A DNA stretch of 63,258 bases, filler included, from Reticulomyxa filosa (Eukaryota; Protista; Foraminifera), in NCBI GenBank assembly GCA_000512085.1. It is 24 parts of 24 records of this genome, joined end to end, with 100 filler letters (N's around TTAATTAATTAA, not from the genome) between each part and the next. Parts side by side here need not be neighbours in the genome. Positions count along the whole stretch, not along the records: positions 1 to 1,558 come from ASPP01003067.1; positions 1,659 to 3,346 come from ASPP01026709.1; positions 3,447 to 5,492 come from ASPP01000343.1; positions 5,593 to 8,612 come from ASPP01004842.1; positions 8,713 to 10,036 come from ASPP01010092.1; positions 10,137 to 11,709 come from ASPP01005282.1; positions 11,810 to 14,395 come from ASPP01022842.1; 17 more parts are not named here. The stretch is one strand, 5' to 3'. A program made the translations under genes and the position numbers. The notes beneath the pieces are model-generated. The model did no database searches. It was not told where the DNA came from and saw nothing but the letters and a program-made list of their open reading frames with translations. Positions 1-12,494 of the stretch are shown piece after piece. Position 1 is the stretch's first letter, and each line of letters opens with the position of its first letter.

Positions 1-40
1 AAAAACTTTTATTATTGTTTTTCTCATGACAAAATCAAAG

Positions 41-173
41 ATTGACATATCTATCAAAGATTGACATATCTATCAAACATTGACATATCTATCAAACATT
101 GACATATCTATCAAACATTGACATATCTATCAAACATTGACATATCTATCAAACATTGACATATCTATCAAAC
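41..173. repeat. 19-bp minisatellite, 7 copies (ATTGACATATCTATCAAAC)
   Basis: Read directly. The first unit ends in G instead of C, and there are no spacers between units. Confidence 0.95.
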
Positions 174-1112
174 ATAAGTCTGATAAAGTCAAAATGTATG
201 TTCATTTTATTGTAATGAAATCATTGTTAATATATGCAATATACTTGGTTACATTTTATTGATAATAGAGCTATGTACTTATTTTATGAGATTCACTTGA
301 ATTTTGATACACAAATAATAACACGTTGAGTTGCAAATTTTAGTAAATATGAAAACAAATCTTTGTAAGACAGTTAGCTAAACAAAGATGTTCATTCGTA
401 TCAGGGTCCGAACCATAACTTTGTAGTTATCCATCACATAAAGTGACTTTTCCATCAATACATGAAAAGAAAAAGTATAATCGTGTGAGTAGACATGTTA
501 TATTTTTTAATTTTTTTGTTTTGTTTTTTATTATCCGATTATGAAATAACAAGATCCATGAGTCGTCAGAACTTGTGGAGGGGAAAATTTTGAAAAAAAA
601 CAAAGTTGACTTTGACTTTAGTTATGTTGGCGGAAAGTAATGTTGAATTTGGTGCTGCATGTAGATTCTCCACTGACAATCCTGAAGAGATAAAGATGGA
701 TGTTATTTTCAATACGTGAGCGACGACCAAACTATGGAACCGGTGTCTTCTCTCAATATAAAACTACTACGTTCATCAAATGAAGATAAACCAACCAAAC
801 CAAGCAAGCCAACAACAAGTGACAAACGATCAGTTAAACTTTTTGTCGTATCGAAAAATTGAAAAAAAATTAACGTAAAAAAAAAAAATCAAATAGATTA
901 ATAAAAATGAATATGACGAATTGAAATCTGACGAATGCAAATCTGATGAACATAAAGATAGCTACGAACATGGACAAGGTAAGTACACAAAAACCATTTA
1001 TCTATACAAACAAATACGACGAACACGAATGAAACAATTTATAAAATGACTGACAATAAACATAAACATAAACACAAACAAAGGGACTTATACGAACAAC
1101 GTTCAAGCAAAC

Positions 1113-1558
1113 ATGAACACAAACAATGACACGTATACTATAATGAAGGGGACAATAGCACAAACACAAAAAAAGAAGAAAACATTGGACATTAGCACGA
1201 ATACGAATAAACAAGGTAATGACACACAAAAAAAAAACTTATATACAATACACACAAATGATGATACAAGTACGTATATAAGCATAAACACAAACAAAGT
1301 AATATATACGAATATGGACATGAAAAGCGTTCAAGTGAACACATACAGACATTATCACAAATTCGAAAAAGACAAACATATGGAACACAACAAACATGGA
1401 CACAAACAAATAATCGCACCAACAAGATCTATCAAGAAAAAAAATAAACGTAAATTATATGAAATATATGATAATTATAAGGAATTACATTTATTAGAAC
1501 CAAAGACAAAGACAAACATTAGTGATATTAATCTAAATATAATTGGAAATATCTTACC
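1113..1558 (+). other. Low-complexity A/C-rich open frame (N/T/K/H-rich); degenerate coding or repeat-derived sequence
   Basis: The ORF runs into the spacer and has no recognisable motif. Confidence 0.25.
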
Positions 1559-1658
1559 NNNNNNNNNNNNNNNNNNNNNNNNNNNNNNNNNNNNNNNNNN
1601 NNTTAATTAATTAANNNNNNNNNNNNNNNNNNNNNNNNNNNNNNNNNNNNNNNNNNNN
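1559..1658. other. Artificial contig-joining spacer (first of 23 identical copies)
   Basis: N44-TTAATTAATTAA-N44. The other copies start at 3347, 5493, 8613, 10037, 11710, 14396, 20326, 22363, 24170, 25888, 34003, 35554, 37183, 38982, 42531, 44679, 49708, 52121, 54552, 56351, 59364 and 62085. Confidence 0.98.
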
Positions 1659-2173
1659 AGAGGGATTTCCAATGCTTTCTTCTTCCACAGTCTGAAGGAG
1701 CACATTTTTTATCACATCTTAAATGAAATTTTTTTGTTGTTGGATTTATTTTCAATGCGGTGCACGTTATTTGACGGTGATATTTAAAAATTATAAGATA
1801 TTTTATTATTAAAAGCTGAGACTGTGTATATTTGCTGATGTATTGTGGGACATCTATATGTATCAGTAATCAAATGATTTTTGTGAGTGTCAATGTCTAA
1901 TCATATAACTTTACTCGGTTTTTCCAAACGATTTTTTTGTCTTTAACACCGTGGAGGTAATTGAACAAAACAAATAGAAATTGATGCAGAGTTAAAAGGA
2001 AAATGCTCGATGATCAAGGCCTCCATGGCAGTGCAAAGTTTGTTTAAGTGTTAACATAGAAGGACATGGCCATTGAATTGTAGCAGGAAAAAGATATTTC
2101 AATTAATTAATGTTCACTCCTTCACTCAAAGAAGAGTTGGAAACATAATCCAAAATAAATTAAAATTAAAATT

Positions 2174-3336
2174 CTAACTAGAACAGTAAGCAATGGATTT
2201 GGACAAGGGTATAACAGTATCATTGGATGACACACCAACACCACACCAAATGAAATAAGCTATATTTTTTTCAGGTTCTCCTTTTTTTTCAACCATTGTC
2301 CCCAGGTCATCTTCATCGCTGGGACAAAATCTTCTGTGGCGTAACACTAACTTTGGTTCGGTTTCTAATCCTCTTTGGAATAAATTGTACAGAGTACAGC
2401 CATAAGAGGTTATCTCTTGAAGAGCACTGCGTTGTTTTTAGTAATAATAAATACTCTTGTCAAAATAGAAAAAATTTTGTTTCTTTACAAAACTTTGACT
2501 CTTCTTGTAGTTCTGCTACAACGATTATGTTTTTTTCCAACAACAAGTTGACAATACATTTTGATACATTTTTTTCATCGACAACTTTCTTATCGATGAC
2601 TTTACCAAACGCAATTTGAAAGGCGCAATGTGCAATACAAAATACCACACGGTTCGACCACTCAGTGATGTCTTTCCACTCACGTTTGCACTGCTGCAAA
2701 ACCCTCTGAACTTGATCAAGTGACTGTCCCAAAAAAAAACAAAAAAAAAAAAAAATAAGATCATAGCAATCAATCTTATTAAAAAAAAACAAAACTGAGT
2801 GTTTTTTGTCTTGCATTTGCTCATACTCTTTAATCCAGTCATTCAATAAAGCTGATGTTTCAGTTTGTTGTGTTTCATCAATTTTTGTGTCTTCCTTTGC
2901 CTCAGACTCGTGAGCATTTCCATTTGATAGCACTACTCCATCTTCTTCATTCGTCTATTGTTTTTCAAATTATTCAAAATGGAGCCATACTTCAACAAAT
3001 AAATATATATGTATATATTTATTACACAGATGTAACTTTTTTAATATTGTTACCTATTACTGCATCATTGAGGAGTTCTCGATCACCCGACACATCTGGA
3101 GCCACTGAAGAAAGTGTGTTGTCTTCATTTTTGCTGTGCGTTTGCTCAGATATGTTAGAGTCAAAATTATTCACTTCATTCATGCCATCTTCAGAGTTAT
3201 TAGCCCCTGAACTATTTGCTTCACAATTATCCACTTCTTTCCGGCTATTCTTTTCTTTCTTGTCATCTCCTCCTTTATTGTTACTGGTTTCAGTCACCGT
3301 AAGTATATGATCTAGCCTTGCATAACAAACAGACAT
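2174..3336 (-). CDS. Hypothetical multi-exon protein, 5'-partial; C-terminus possibly Mieap-like
   Basis: ORFs 3022-3336 and 2460-2933, plus a last exon at 2174-2426 missing from the ORF track (ALQEITSYGCTLYNLFQRGLETEPKLVL...IAYFIWCGVG...LSKSIAYCSS*). The last exon joins through a ~70-nt GT-AG intron. Confidence 0.65.
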
Positions 3337-4003
3337 AGGAGTATTTNNNNNNNNNNNNNNNNNNNNNNNNNNNNNNNNNNNNNNNNNNNNTTAATTAATT
3401 AANNNNNNNNNNNNNNNNNNNNNNNNNNNNNNNNNNNNNNNNNNNNTATTACATTTAGTACAGTTCTCCGTAGCTGACTCCCCACAAGAACATATATGAC
3501 AAAAGCAGATAATCTGTTTGTTGAAAAATACTCTACGTTATCCAAGTGAAATAAAAAGGATATTTTGAAGCAATCGTTTCAAGTGAAAAGAAAAACAACT
3601 AGAATTAACAAACCCTATTTACTCTAGAAAAACTGGATTTCTTTAGCTTGTGGTCTGTATTAGATATGTCAAAAGATTGTTTATATACTTTTTGTACCTT
3701 TTGCAGAAACTTGTTTAAATAGAAATTCATTTTAATTGTATTCCAGTTTCACATTTTACATTATTTGTGTAAGCTTACTTTTAATCTGCTATCACTTTTT
3801 ACTTGTTCTTGCAAAAAAGGAACTAGAAGTCCTCAGAACGTTGTTAAAACGTTTCAAAATAGTCTTACAATCAATCCTGTAATTTTATCATAAAAAAATT
3901 ACAATTTTTGCTTCATCGTCAAATTATATACTTTTTTTTTACTTTTAAATGAGTTTTTTCGTCCTTTTAAAAAAATCTAGACTAGTTCCTCAACATTAAC
4001 AAC

Positions 4004-5223
4004 ATGGGCAATCAAGCCTTTCAAATTTTGAAGGAGTTGCCCACTCCACTTCATCAATCTCAATGTGTGCCACATAAACATGAACTCCTCATTTGTGGAG
4101 GTAAATGTGAAAGAGCTTGTTATTCTTATCATACACTCAAAAACGAATACAAGTTTATCTGCGATTATCCAAGTAATGTTTTATTAGATGGACACTGTGT
4201 AGTGAAACTGATGGATAACAACAATAATAGCAAAAACAGCAATGAAATCACTTTACTGTCTTTTGGTGGATATCCATTGTCATATAAGCATACATTGGTG
4301 ATGAAATATGTAAGTGTTTGGAATGATATATCAAACAAATCAAATGAATTAAACAATTATAATCAATGGATTCCTTTCACAGACAATAACAATCATCCAA
4401 TTGTCATTGGGAAAGATGAGTGCCACTATTATCTTGGAATGCGTGCGACGATCGGTGGAAGCAATAATCATTTGCTATTTATTACTCATTTTAAAAATAA
4501 TATTAGTGTGTTTGATTTAAATACATTTCAATTTATTAAGCATGATACTATACCTGGTCATGACACTCAACATCATTGCTTTATATTAAATTCAAAAAAT
4601 GGACAATTACAAGAAATGGCGAAAATATATCAAAAAAAAAATAAACAAAATTATCAAATGTTGCTGTTTAAACAGAATACAGGATTATCAATTGAATATG
4701 ATGAAGACAACAAAACTTTTCAATTTCATGAACTACCTGTTTGTGAGGATATTGCATCATTCTTTTGTTGTGCATATGTTTGTATCAATGATGTCATATT
4801 CTTCTTTGGTGGATTGGCCATTAATAAAGGTAATATTTTAAAATCAGTGCATAAGTATTCAATTCGAGAAAACAAATGGCTGAAATGTCAGAACACTTTA
4901 CCATGTCCATTGCACGATTGTATTGCAATATCGAGTGAAGAAGACAATTATATACACATCATTGGAGGATTAAATCGAGGTAAACCAATATCAACTCATA
5001 TGAAAACAAAAGTGCGTGTTTGGGATCCTTCTCAATTGGTAATTATTTGCTTATTTATTTATTTAAAATAAATTTTATTGAATGAAAATTATTGTCAAAT
5101 AAAAATAATGAACAGTCAAAAAAAGAAATAATATGTATTATTGAACATTGGAATCGAAATTTACGAATAAAATTAGGATGGGTGGATGATTTTAATCAAA
5201 TTATTGTGAAATATAGTAGATGA
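4004..5223 (+). CDS. Kelch-like beta-propeller protein of a lineage-expanded family; exons 4004-5038 and 5116-5223
   Basis: Kelch-type GG motifs (LLICGG, LLSFGG, ATIGG, FFFGG, IHIIGG). GT-AG intron at 5039-5115. Exon 2 encodes SKKEIICIIEHWNRNLRIKLGWVDDFNQIIVKYSR*. Confidence 0.88.
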
Positions 5224-5384
5224 AATACATTTTGAAGATACACAATTAAATATCTGTTAATTTGCTATTTTTAAATAGTTCTGATTGGTCTTATTTCATA
5301 ATTATGAAATTTTATATTCATAATTATTTCAAAATATATAAAAAGAAAATTTAACAATCAAAACAAATATCATATTATTCAACA

Positions 5385-5492
5385 AATACAGTATAATGCA
5401 AAGTACAGTAAATTGCAAAAAAAACCGCCATAACTAAATGGCACTATATGAAGAGAATCGATTTTCACCATGAAAAATAAGATTTAAAACAT
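5385..5492 (+). repeat. Dispersed AT-rich repeat, copy 1
   Basis: Aligns by eye to the reverse complement of 34108-34200 and, more divergently, to 19051-19130. Confidence 0.8.
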
Positions 5493-5592
5493 NNNNNNNN
5501 NNNNNNNNNNNNNNNNNNNNNNNNNNNNNNNNNNNNTTAATTAATTAANNNNNNNNNNNNNNNNNNNNNNNNNNNNNNNNNNNNNNNNNNNN

Positions 5593-6985
5593 TCTTTGTC
5601 TTTGTGCTTGTGTTTATGCTTATGATTTTGCTTTCGTTTTTCATCGTGATTTGTTTCGCGCTTTTGCTTATTCTTGCCAGAATCATCGTTATCACTATCA
5701 CCATCACTCCCTTTGCTACTCATCCCAATGCTCAAACTACTGTTGCTCTCTCTTTTTTCTAACGAAACATGATCCTTGTTATTGTCATTATGTTTGTTGG
5801 CAGATGCTTTTTTATGTTCACTGCTCGTGTGTTTACCAGGCTCGTGCTTGTCCAATGGCTTTGACTTGGACTTTGGCTTTGTGGTAGCGGTCTTGTTTTT
5901 ATGTTTTTCATGTTTGTCTAATTTTGTACCATTTTTCTTTTTATTGCTCGCTTCCTCTTCGCTGTCGTCCTCATCATCCCCTTCTTCTTTTGCTTCTTCA
6001 TCTGTAGCTTCGTCGTCTTCATCGTGATGGTCGGACGGAGAAGAACGCTCCCCGTCATTGGAGGACATGCTGCTCCCACTAATGGAAGAACGGCGTGACG
6101 AACTATACAACACTCCCGAGCGAGACGCACGGTCGAGTACTCTCACCGGGTATTTCGTCTCGCTCTCGTGCACGCCCAACAACAGCTCTGCCAAATCAAG
6201 GATCTGATCACTGGTCAAGTAAGCATGACTGAACAGTACCGCCAATGTGCGGGATGTCACGTGCGACAGCACCTCCGATGGTGATGATAGCCATCGCACA
6301 AATATATTTTTTACAAATTTGATATCACAAAATAGGTCTTTATTTGTTTTTTATATGTTTATATGTTTATATGTTTATATGTTCATATATTCATATGCTC
6401 ATATGCTCATATGCTCACATGTGTATGCCATGTTATGGATTTCATACACGGATCATTACATTTTTTTTTAAATGTACAAATGCTTTTTTTAAAATAAAAA
6501 AAATCCTCTTCTCTTTCCCTTTTCCTATTTTTGATTCAATTACCGAGTCGATATGTCCCATATTTTGTGCGCGGAGTTAACAAAGGTATCGACAAGTCCA
6601 ATTTTCGTTTGGTTGTGTCCGATTTTTCTTCCTCGGTCGACGTCTTATTTGGGATGGTCGTCACTGTGCTTGCGTTATGAAACTGAAATTTGCTACTATT
6701 GCTGGTGATACTAGCTGTCATCAGAGACGATGGGTTTGTTGTACTGTTTTTAAAGAATATTGATTGTTCTAATGCACTGCTTTCTTTTTTTTCTTTCTTG
6801 GCCATTTGTTGATATTTCTCATAAATTACGTCTTGTTGTTTTTTCAACTCCTCTTGAAAATGGGCTTGAATGTCACTCATCACTATCAATAAAGCGTCTT
6901 CATCCGAGCATGTTTGTAACTCATCATACAATTCTCTTTCATCGGCCAGGAATTTGACATCCAATCTTGTGCTTTCCATTGGCAC
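5593..6985 (-). CDS. Hypothetical protein with acidic and Lys/His-rich low-complexity region, 3'-partial
   Basis: ORFs 6536-6985 and 5541-6299 join in frame through a GTAATT...TAAAG intron (...KYGTYRL|DLFCDIKFVKNIFVRWLSS...). Confidence 0.65.
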
Positions 6986-7559
6986 TCTTTTGCTTTGGTT
7001 TCTCCAAGGACACTCGTCTTCTTGAGCGTTACAAAAAAATTACCACGAGCTACAATTTGATACGTCCATATTATTATTGTTATCATCACACTTTTTTGTT
7101 GTTATGTTGAGATATATTTGAATCCAGTACAAGCAGAGCTATTTGGATAAACTTGCAAAACATTGAAATTGTGTTCTGACAATTTTATTTGAATGGAACA
7201 ATCCTTTCCCTCTCTTTTGCATTTGTTGACCTCCAAAGTGAAGTAAAATAAAAAAACTATTGGCAGTATTTATTCCCTAAATCTCGAAAGTTACATAAGA
7301 ATAGAAATGAACCAGACAAATCCACCGAATCAATTAGCAGAAAAAGCAATGACCGGTGGCTTCACAAACAATGGGTAAATAAATTGCCATTTGAGTATAT
7401 ATGTTATATTGTTTGTGTGTGTATTCAAAGAAACAAAAAATTTGTGATCAACATTTGAGGAGTGTGAGAAAGCAACTTTTGAAGAAGAAGAAGAAGAAAA
7501 AGACAAGAAAGAAAAAAAAAAAAAAAAAAAAGAAAATGTTTGAAAACCAAAGTTAATAA

Positions 7560-8612
7560 TTACTGTTGGACTTGGTAACTCAAACATCTTTGTTCTCCTA
7601 TAGTAGTGCATTCTCGACAAAACCACTTGGGCGTGGTTGGGAATTGCTCCAACCCTACACATTGCAAGTGAAAGGCATGTGGACAAGAGTCACACAGCAA
7701 AAGTTCGCCTTTGTTATGGCAAAGATTGCATATACTTTCACTCGAGTCAGTTTCGACCATGGAATGAATATCTAAGTATTCAAACGCATTGTACTGACAA
7801 TCTAACAGGGCCATTTGCGTGTCATCGGTAGATAGACAATACACGCCTTCTGTCGCAGTGATGTCGTAATGCATACTTTGAAGATGGTTCGGATCGCTCT
7901 CATCGATTTTGGAAGATGCATGTTGTTGTTGTGAATTGATGCAATCGATGAGTTCTTTCATCGTAAAGTTTTTGCTGCCGAGTTGGCACAGACTCGTTTT
8001 CAACGGATTGCGTGTGCATTTGACACGAATGCGTGTCAATGTCGAAAGTGCTTCTGTCTTTGGAGTGACAATGGCATATTGATAAGGAATGACAGATGGA
8101 TAAGAAGAAGAAGAAAAGGCTTTGAAAGTTGTTTTGGATTTCGATTTCGATTTCGATTTCAATGATTTGGATTGGGGTTTTGAAGTCGACTTGGGCACAG
8201 GTTGAGTGGCCATTTTCGTCAGCGTGGCGTTCTTATCTCGACTTTTCGTTTGTCTCTTACTCTTTTTCGTGGACTGATAGGACTCGGGAACAAATACATC
8301 GTCGCTGCTGCAGCTGGGACTTGGTGTGGACATGTGGCTTTCGATCCCTTTGTGTATCATCGTCACCGTCTTTTTTTTGCGCTTCGAACGAGGCGTGGTC
8401 GACAAATCGAACTCGCCTTCGATCGCAACATGCTCCATGGCCACTTCGGCACGCATGTTATTCAGTGTCCTCTTTTTGCTACTCTTTGTCTGAGCGCTCT
8501 TTTTCCGTGATTTGTTTTCATTCGTCTTTTGTTCCGTCGTCACCATCGCTACCATCTCTGTTGCCGCTGCACCGATTGCCAAACCTGTGTCTATCTTTGA
8601 CTTGGATTTCGG
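7560..8612 (-). CDS. PHD-finger protein, 5'-partial
   Basis: C4HC3 motif CNLCHNKGELLLCDSCPHAFHLQCVGLEQFPTTPKWFCREC at the C-terminus, with a Lys/Ser-rich region upstream. Confidence 0.9.
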   Translation of the reverse strand, partial: PKSKSKIDTGLAIGAAATEMVAMVTTEQKTNENKSRKKSAQTKSSKKRTLNNMRAEVAMEHVAIEGEFDLSTTPRSKRKKKTVTMIHKGIESHMSTPSPSCSSDDVFVPESYQSTKKSKRQTKSRDKNATLTKMATQPVPKSTSKPQSKSLKSKSKSKSKTTFKAFSSSSYPSVIPYQYAIVTPKTEALSTLTRIRVKCTRNPLKTSLCQLGSKNFTMKELIDCINSQQQHASSKIDESDPNHLQSMHYDITATEGVYCLSTDDTQMALLDCQYNAFEYLDIHSMVETDSSESICNLCHNKGELLLCDSCPHAFHLQCVGLEQFPTTPKWFCRECTTIGEQRCLSYQVQQ

Positions 8613-9019
8613 NNNNNNNNNNNNNNNNNNNNNNNNNNNNNNNNNNNNNNNNNNNNTTAATTAATTAANNNNNNNNNNNNNNNNNNNNNNNNNNNNNNNN
8701 NNNNNNNNNNNNAATGGAAACAATTGTCATTAAAAAAAAAAAAAAAAAAAAAAAAAGCTCACTATTGGATTTTCATTCCACCCTTTTGGAATGTGTTTGT
8801 CCGCAGTCAAGCCAAAATCACGTCCCATCTCTTTTGTTTCACATTCTGTGATCGCTTTATTCAGTTCACACACATCATACATAGTGTTATATGTATACTT
8901 ATGTAATGTGTATAATCTTGCTCACATTTTACTTTCCATCACTCCTCCCTTGTCTCATTCTCCCCCTTCAAAAAAAAAAAAAACTTTTTGTCAATTGGGA
9001 CGCGCTCAAAGAAAACTTC

Positions 9020-9676
9020 TTTAGATCGTCTTGTGGTACCGGAGTGGGCCCTCTTGATGGATTTTCGATGTCTTTGTCTTCATTATCATTTGTCATCTTT
9101 TTGATTGTTGGGTGTTTTTTTTTTTGTATACATGTTTGATGTCACGTGTGTGTGCCGGGATCATTACAAAAAAAAAAAAGGGGCAAAATAAAAGATACGT
9201 TTCCCTGATATTCAGTGTGACAAAACAAACAAACGAATAAATAAACAAACGTGGAGACGAGGCAAGGTAATATGAGCAGCATTGACAGATTGGTAATGAT
9301 CATCACTGTTTTCAATAGGGTCAGAATGAAGCATACATGGCTGAGATAAACGCGAGGGGAGAGCGTTGTTGTTGTTATTATTGTCGATCTTGTGACTTGC
9401 GACAAGTTTGTGTTCATCCGCTTCATTTTCATTTTCATATTCACGCTCATGCTCACGTCCATGTCCATGTTCGTATTCTCGTTCCTGTTTGTATTCGTCC
9501 TCAAGCTTGAGTTCATAGCCGCACTCACATTTGTGCTCACACTCGCATCGCTGCATCGCACTGGGATTTTGCTGTTGTTTGGTCGAGTACAGCTCACTGC
9601 GACGGTGTTTTACTTCGAAGATATTTCCAATGTCCATTTTGTGAGCCTCGCTCCATTCGTTGTCATTGCCCTGCAT
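9020..9676 (-). CDS. Hypothetical protein exons (Glu/His-rich low complexity)
   Basis: ORF 9212-9676 has coding-like composition and is flanked by homopolymer-rich introns. No domain recognised. Confidence 0.45.
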
Positions 9677-9678
9677 AC

Positions 9679-9709
<31 letters not shown>

Positions 9710-10136
9710 GGATTAGTTAATTTGTAGGTGTACGTGTTTCAATATTTCATTGTCATTGGAATTTTATTTTTATTTTTATTTTATTTAAAAAATAATGTTC
9801 TATGTTATCAATATTCTTTCATCCTCCTCAATAATAATAATAATAAAAAAAAAGAAACAACCAACATTGCTGTGAAGCGAGTTGTTTATATGTCCGTGTC
9901 TCTCTAGTGGCAATGGGGGTCCCATATCTTCTCCTCCTGGCATGGCCAAGTACCATTCCTAATTTGTTCACGTTGCAGCACAAACACAAACCGACAAAAA
10001 GTCATAACAAAAAGAAGTATACACATAATTTTATAANNNNNNNNNNNNNNNNNNNNNNNNNNNNNNNNNNNNNNNNNNNNTTAATTAATTAANNNNNNNN
10101 NNNNNNNNNNNNNNNNNNNNNNNNNNNNNNNNNNNN

Positions 10137-10173
<37 letters not shown>

Positions 10174-11658
10174 GGTATTGATAAGAGCAGACTCATTAGG
10201 AGGTTTGAGAGGAATAATTGTGACGGATGACTTGGACTGATCATCACTACTCGATGGTGATGGAAGAGGAGGAGGAGGAGGGGGTGGCGGCAGAGACACA
10301 GGCGAAGAGGGCGTGGCCTGAACGGTACTTTGCATTAGCAGCATTTCACGTTGATAGTTTTCTTCTTGGAGCAAATGCTGTTTGATTTGCATTTCGTATT
10401 CATTTTCTTTTCGCAAGGCGTCGGCGGTCATTTCTTTGATCATTTGATCGCGCTCTTCGATTTCCTTTAGTAACGCCTTCAGCTGCGATTGCACTTCGTC
10501 GCGATCGATGCGTTCCGATTTCAATCGCTTCACCTCTTTGGCGGCATTTTGCAAGCCCTGTTTGAATTGATCGCGATCTCTCGTGACATCCTCCACTTCC
10601 TTTTCCAAGGTCTGCACTTTGGCCTCCATTTCCGACAGCTGCTGCATCACGCGTGCGATATCGCGACTGAGTTCGTCCAAGCACTTTTCCGCGTCTTTCG
10701 TTTGCTTCGCGACCAGATGCTGTTTGATGCGAAGCATTTTTGCATCCATCTTTTGTGAGTCTTGCTTCATTGCATCAGTCAGAGGCTTGGCCAAGTCGTC
10801 CAGCTTGGCCTTCGATTCGTCCAACTCTTCGCGTAGATACTGCTCGTTATTCTTCGTTTGCTTATATAATTCTTGCAACTGCGCGTACTGGCTTTGCTGC
10901 AGCTGATACTTGGACTCCATTTGCTCCAATTCGCTTTTCAAGTTTCCACACTCCTCATTTTTCACCTTTAAATCACTCTCCATTTTTGTGTACTCTTTTC
11001 GTGTCGAATGGTATTTCAGCTTCATTTCATTGGCCTCTTGTCTCAACTCTTCCATTTTCTATACACAAATGAACCAGTTTGAATATTATATATATATATA
11101 TATGTTATATATATGCATACATTTTAATAAAGCACCTGTTCAAATGTAGGATCCATTGTGGCATTGCTGTCAGCTTTGTCAAGTTTCAAAGCCTGCAGTT
11201 TCGTAATCTCTCTTTGATATTTGTCCACAATAACCAACAGCATTGGATCGACCAAAGGGAAGTTCCCGAATCGCAATGTCGCCAATGTCTCGTCATAAAA
11301 CTTTTCCTCAAACGAACACGTAACGATGAGGACCACCTGTGGACCATCCGTGGGCGCGGGAGAATTGGGCTGTTCCAACCAGGTTCCGATCGGATGCAAT
11401 GCTTGAGTTAACAATGATTGCTTCCATTCGACTCCGCCGTTTGCCGCACTCGACGCACTTTGTTCGTCTGTCTTTCTTTTTTTCGGCACGGCCGTCAACA
11501 AGGCTCCCAGATTAAAAAACGCGTTGCTCAAATATCGCATGTCATAGTTGTCTTTTTTCTCGTCCGCCTTTCGTTGTTTTCTGTCCATTGTCGTGTATCC
11601 AGCACAATCTGCAAATATGAACTGCGACTTTTTTTTCGCTTGTTGAGGGCCAGTCTGA
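10137..11658 (-). CDS. Divergent kinesin-like protein (end of motor domain + coiled coil + Pro-rich segment), partial
   Basis: SQFIFADCAGYT (switch II position), YLSNAFFNLGALL, VEWKQSLLTQAL and VVLIVTCS..YDETLATLRFG. An in-frame GT-AG intron at 11059-11135 joins this to a long heptad-rich coiled coil. Confidence 0.82.
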
Positions 11659-11844
11659 CTTCAATTGCAAAAAAAAAAAAAAAAAAAACTTAATATATAT
11701 ATGTATATGNNNNNNNNNNNNNNNNNNNNNNNNNNNNNNNNNNNNNNNNNNNNTTAATTAATTAANNNNNNNNNNNNNNNNNNNNNNNNNNNNNNNNNNN
11801 NNNNNNNNNTAGTGCTATGTCCTATTTTGGAGCAGGTGGCGTGT

Positions 11845-12400
11845 AGATCGACACAGAATACCCGTTCTTCTTGTTTCACTCCAGAATTCATTGCGTGGAG
11901 GTTCTGCTCCAGTAGTTGGGGTTTTGAATAAAAGCCGTTGATGTTGTTTTGGAAAATAACAAATTCGTTCATTGATCATCTTCCATATCTCAATACCGTC
12001 TTTCATTTGCTTGATTTTGTTCTTTTTCTCGACAAATTTCTTTTCTTCGAGATAAGTTTACACTTACTTCTTTGGATCACAGGATACAATATTGTATCAC
12101 TTGCGTCCTTTCTGAATTTTCATTGCATTTTTCAGATTTGTGACTTCTCTTTACCAATATTTGCATATTTTTAAATCTTGCAAAGTGATTTTGGACGCCA
12201 TGTTACTGGTCAAAGATTTTACATCGTTCATACCAATTTCTTTTGTAAAATTTGAGTTTTGTTTGGCTGCATCCTTTCGTTTTCAACTTTATCATCTTTT
12301 CAAACTTCTTCGTTCAATCGGTTTGATTTCCACAGATAGTCTTCTTTTGTTTGATTATCAATCATGATTGACTATTCTTGCCTCACTATGACTGCGACTG
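11845..12400 (-). mobile_element. Non-LTR retrotransposon remnant (copy B): ORF1 fragment + start of APE endonuclease
   Basis: NKRRLSVEIKP matches ORF1 of copy A. MNEFVIFQNNINGFYSK is an APE N-terminus and is near-identical in DNA to 53310-53380. Confidence 0.8.
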
Positions 12401-12494
12401 CACATCATCGTTAATTTTTTTTTAGGAGATAGAATGTTGCTGTTGAATTCATAAAGAAAAACAATGTGAACAAGCACCTCCCAAAAATGAGTAC

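Noticed and set aside
41-173. CRISPR array or FNR-type boxes
   Set aside because: There are no unique spacers and no cas genes, the context is eukaryotic, and the palindrome spacing does not match TTGAT-N4-ATCAA.
6150-6580. RasGEF REM domain suggested by KYGT...VRWL
   Set aside because: After splicing, the spacing and downstream residues do not fit.
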